From Eledone cirrhosa (Eukaryota), in NCBI GenBank assembly GCA_964016885.1, contig OZ024750.1, positions 23,560,001 through 23,624,000 of the forward strand: a stretch of 64,000 nucleotides of DNA, in the 5' to 3' direction. Position numbers and translations under genes: made by a program. The notes below the pieces were generated by a model. It was not told where the DNA came from and searched no databases. It worked only from the letters and a program-made list of their open reading frames with translations. The number at the start of each line of letters is the position of its first letter. The first letter of the stretch is position 1. Positions 59,312-64,000 of this stretch are shown here, one piece after another.

Positions 59312-60426
59312 CTATAAAAGTGTTATGAAAAATAAACAGATCACAATGTTAGAAATATTTTCATGTGTTGTACTTTTTTTTAGTAAGTGCCCTTTGGTCA
59401 TGATTAACCATGGATTTTGTTATAATGGTCTGACACACCTGTTTTGTATATCTGTACGAAATGAGGGTAAAACCAAGGTATTCACCAGGCGTAATTACGA
59501 AATACCAACGAGAGACTATGAGACTCTGTATACACAGTCTAACTGACAATTCACTTCAGTTCTTATTTATAGACATTTCGCCTAGTCCATTTTTAGATAC
59601 TCGGAGGTATTCAGGATTTTTCCCCCACAACAGATTTATATCTAAAAACTTCTTCTCCGAGGCACAAGCATAGGTAAGGTGTTTTGTAGAGGTCCAGCAG
59701 TCTCCACTCTCCATACCATAAATGTATACCATCAAAGGAAAGGCAAAGGGTGATACAGCTTGGCACCAGTGTCATACAACTCATTTTTCCAGCTGAGTAA
59801 ATTAGAGCAATGTGAAATATAGTATCTTGCTCAAGGAAACATGTCACACAGACCAAGAACTGGACTCAAGACATTATGATCTTGTGCCCAACACCCCAAC
59901 CATTAAACCACAAAATTTCACATATATAATCTGTAGTTGTGATTTTGAAGTATTTTGAAATATATTTAACCCTTCAGCCTTTAAACTGGCCATATCCGGC
60001 CAGAATTCTCTCACCTCTTTCTATCAAACCAACTGTCACTGGCCACTCATACTTATGATAAGGTATTGTTCTCAAAATAACTAACAAAATCTCGTAGATT
60101 TGATATTATGTGAGATAATTATGTAAAGTAAAGCCTTTACCACAAAAATACAATAATATATATATAGAGTAATGTAAATGCTAAAGGGTTAAATAACAAT
60201 ATGTATACTTTATTCTTTTATACTTCTAGTGGTTTCAGTCATTAAACTGTGTCCATGCTGGAGCACCACCTTAATGGAGCCTAGTTGATCACATTGACCT
60301 CAGTATTTATTTTTTCAACTCAGGTACTTATTTCATTGATCTCCATTTGTCAGACTGCTAAATTACAGGACATAAACCCAGAGACAGATACATATGTACT
60401 GATCATATAGAGGAGGGGAAACTCAC

Positions 60427-60529
60427 CTTTCTCCGTCTCAGAGTTCAATACAGTAAAGCTAGGTTCCGTTGGGTCCCAGTGACCAGAAATGACATAACTT
60501 TTACCATCATTGCTATTACCCATGGAATC
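60427..60529 (-). CDS. RABGAP1: RABGAP1 exon
   Basis: DSMGNSNDGKSYVISGHWDPTEPSFTVLNSETEK; CAG/GTGAG. Confidence 0.9.
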
Positions 60530-61702
60530 CTGAAAATTAAAAGAATCAACATTATATTAAACACAATTAACATCACTATTATAGGTTAATTGGCAGCATC
60601 GGTAGAGGGTCGGACGCCATGCTTTGACACAGAGTTACGGCCCTTGCCATTCTGAGTTCAAATCCCGCCGAGGTTAACTTTGCCTTTCATCCTTACGGGG
60701 GCGATAAAATAAAGTACCAGTGATGCACTGGGGTGATTGCTGGCCTTGTGCCAATAGTAGAAACAACTATTATAATCTGGCCTATAATACCCGACGAAGG
60801 GTTAGGGCACTGTTGTGACATATGGTGTGTCTTGGACATGTTAAGCCTGGCAGAGTGCATCCCTCTCCAGGTCTAAACATAGTTGATGTCTCCCAAAGAG
60901 AGAGAGAGAGAGAGAACTGACCCCAATACTGGACTGATTCTTTAATAACCTCCTTTCATTCTTTCTATCATAACTGTGTGTGTGTGTGTGTGTGTGTGTT
61001 TACATGTCTATGTGCACGTGTATGAGTGTGTGTGTGTGTAGTACTATTTCAGTTGTATACACACACACACATATATGAAATAATTCTTGGCATGAAGCTG
61101 GCAATTTTGAAGGAGAAAGATTATATCAATCCCAGTACTTAACTGATACTTTAGTTTTTCAATCTCAAGTTAACCTCAGCAAGATTTAAACTTAGAATAT
61201 AGAAAATCATAAGTAAATACTCTAAAGCAGTTTGTCCAACACTCTACCGATATTGCCAATCCACTGTCCACACTATTTGAAATAATTGTTCCTACTTTTG
61301 GCATAAGGTCAATAATTTGAAAGGAAGAGGGAAGTCGATTAAATCGACCCCTGTGCATACTTTATTTTATCAACCTAAAGATGAAAGGTAAAGTTAATGT
61401 CAGCGAGATTTGAACACAAAACGTAAAGGGCCATAACTATATGCCACAAAGCATGTTGTCCGACATTCTACTGATACTGCCATTCCACCACCCTCACCAT
61501 ATGAAATTATTTTTTACTACTTTAGGTAGAAGGCCGGCGATTACCCCCAGTGCATTACTAGTACTTTATTAGTTACAAAGGTAACCTCGGTGGGATTTGA
61601 ACTCAGACCGTAAAGGGCCGTAACTCTATGCTGCAAAGCATGGCGTCCGACCCTCCACCGATACAGCGAATTCAAATATTCCAAAGTGATCATAGATCTT
61701 AC

Positions 61703-61769
61703 CATTTCGATGAGTTGCATATCTCCATGTTTCACATTTCTCCCGGGAGACAGCAATAAGCCAAAACAT
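61703..61769 (-). CDS. RABGAP1: RABGAP1 exon
   Basis: (R)CFGLLLSPGRNVKHGDMQLIEM; CAG/GTAAG. Confidence 0.92.
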
Positions 61770-61984
61770 CTGAAACAAAAAAAAGAGTACACAATGTCAA
61801 ACACCCTATTTTAAAATGCTCCTGGTTTTTATTTTATTTCTGTGTTTTAGTCTATGGAAACAATATAAGGGTAGCGAGGACAACATCAGTCTTGCCAAGT
61901 ACATGACAACCATTCTAAAATGGTACCCAGTACACTCTGCAAAGTGAGAGTATACATGAGTAGACATAAGTAGACTAGTAATAT

Positions 61985-63360
61985 ATATAACTACACATGC
62001 ATGTGTACACTAGTAATATACAGAACTACATGTGAGTACAGATGTGTACACTAGTAATATACAGGACTACATGTGAATACACGTGTACACTAGTAATATA
62101 CAGGACTACATGTGAATACACATGTGTACACTAGTAATATACAGGACTACATATGAGTATACATGTGTATATTAGTAATATACAGGACTACATGTGAGTA
62201 TACATGTGTACACTATTAATATACAGGACATGAGAGGACACGTGTACATTAGTCAAATATAAAGCTACATGTGAGTACACATGTATATTAGTAATATATA
62301 GGACTACATGTGAGTACACATACGTGCATTAGTAAAATATAGGGCTACATGTGTGTACATATGTGTACACTAGTAGTATACAGGAATACACACTAGTATA
62401 TGTGTACATTAGTAATATGTATAACTACACATGTGTACTCTAGTAATACACAGGACTACATGTTTGTACACATGTGTACACTAGTAATACACAGGACTAG
62501 ATGTTTGTACACATGTGTACACTAGTAATACACAGGACTACATGTTTGTACACATGTGTACACTAGTAATACACAGGACTACATGTTTGTACACATGTGT
62601 ACACTAGTAATACACAGGACTGCATGTTTGTACACATGTGTACACTAGTAATACACAGGACTAGATGTTTGTACACATGTGTACACTAGTAATACACAGG
62701 ACTACATGTTTGTACACATGTGTACACTAGTAATACACAGGACTAGATGTTTGTACACATGTGTACAGTAGTAATACACAGGACTACATGTTTGTACACA
62801 TGTGTACACTAGTAATACACAGGACTACATGTTTGTACACATGTGTACACTAGTAATACACAGGACTGCATGTTTGTACACATGTGTACACTAGTAATAC
62901 ACAGGACTAGATGTTTGTACACACGTGTACACTAGTAATACACAGGACTACATGTTTGTACACATGTGTACACTAGTAATACACAGGACTACATGTTTGT
63001 ACACATGTGTACTCTAGTAATACACAGGACTACATGTTTGTACACATGTGTACACTAGTAATACACAGGACTACATGTTTGTACACATGTGTACACTAGT
63101 AATACACAGGACTACATGTTTGTACACATGTGTACACTAGTAATACACAGGACTACATGTTTGTACACATGTGTACTCTAGTAATACACAGGACTACATG
63201 TTTGTACACATGTGTACACTAGTAATACACAGGACTACATGTTTGTACACATGTGTACACTAGTAATACACAGGACTACATGTTTGTACACATGTGTACA
63301 CTAGTAATACACAGGACTACATGTTTGTACACATGTGTACACTAGTATTATACAAGACTA
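61985..63360. repeat. 41-bp minisatellite, ~33 copies
   Basis: Unit tgtacacatgtgtacactagtaatacacaggactacatgtt. Confidence 0.95.
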
Positions 63361-63401
63361 CCCACGAATACACAGTAGTAGGAATAATGGAAAAAACCAA
63401 C

Positions 63402-63661
63402 CTTTCAATTTTAAGCTCAAGTAGACTGTTTTGTTGTACTGTGATGATGATTTTCTTATCCATATTGCACCGTAGTTTGAAACAGCTCTTGTCCCTGGGG
63501 ACAGTTGAGAAGTTCCCACGGGTATCATCTTCTTTGAACTCGAGGCCAACACTGAAGATGAACTTTTGTTCAGATTCAGACAGGCTGCTAATTGATTCAC
63601 TGCGAGGCTGCTTAGGAACACGCCTGAATGTTGTAGCAAAGCAGTACAAAACTTTGGCCAC
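63402..63661 (-). CDS. RABGAP1: Rab GTPase-activating protein 1 (RABGAP1/RABGAP1L-like), first visible exon; gene continues beyond the window
   Basis: VAKVLYCFATTFRR...EFKEDDTRGNFSTVPRDKSCFKLR...ELKIER; TAG acceptor, GT donor, phase 2. Confidence 0.9.
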
Positions 63662-64000
63662 CTATAACAGAACCACAGAGACAACATGAATTAACTGAGA
63701 AGATTTCCTTGTAACTGATATATGAAGGAAACAAAAAGACCTTGCTGATACTGTCTACCAATTACAATTCCTGATGGAAAGAAGTGGGATTTGAGCTCAT
63801 AATGTATTGAGCCAGATCAGATAACATAACACATCCTTTCTGATTCTTTAACAAGTCGACCAATTCATTTCCCTTAACCCTTTCGCATTTAAACCGGTCG
63901 TATCCGGCCAGAATTCTCTCACCTCTTTCTGTTCAAACCAACCATAACCGGCTATGCATACTAATGTTAAGGTATTGTTCTCAAAATAAATAATATCAAA

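Overview
Eukaryotic, AT-rich, repeat-dense animal DNA; the repeat landscape suggests an octopus/coleoid cephalopod (inference). Three spliced genes can be rebuilt from GT-AG sites and phase continuity. (1) A + strand SPFH/band-7-type membrane protein gene: six exons visible, 5' end off-window, ending at 12668, with an apparent 1-nt frameshift in one exon. (2) A complete - strand METTL21A-like lysine methyltransferase: 3 coding exons, 243 aa, with a tandem CRE pair upstream. (3) The 3' part of a - strand RABGAP1/RABGAP1L TBC-domain Rab-GAP: 18 phase-consistent exons plus a candidate 24-nt microexon. The rest is tRNA-derived SINEs, RTE/CR1/L1-Tx1 LINE relics, piggyBac-, hAT- and Tc2-type MITEs, a non-autonomous Helitron, minisatellites, a 200-N gap and a ~7.6-kb (TA)n tract. 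The most notable non-genic signal is a set of palindromic elements in (TA)n runs. One (56700-57125) carries an intact minimal type-I hammerhead ribozyme on each arm, consistent with a Penelope-like retroelement terminus. Nearly all long ORFs in the supplied track are microsatellite or minisatellite artefacts.
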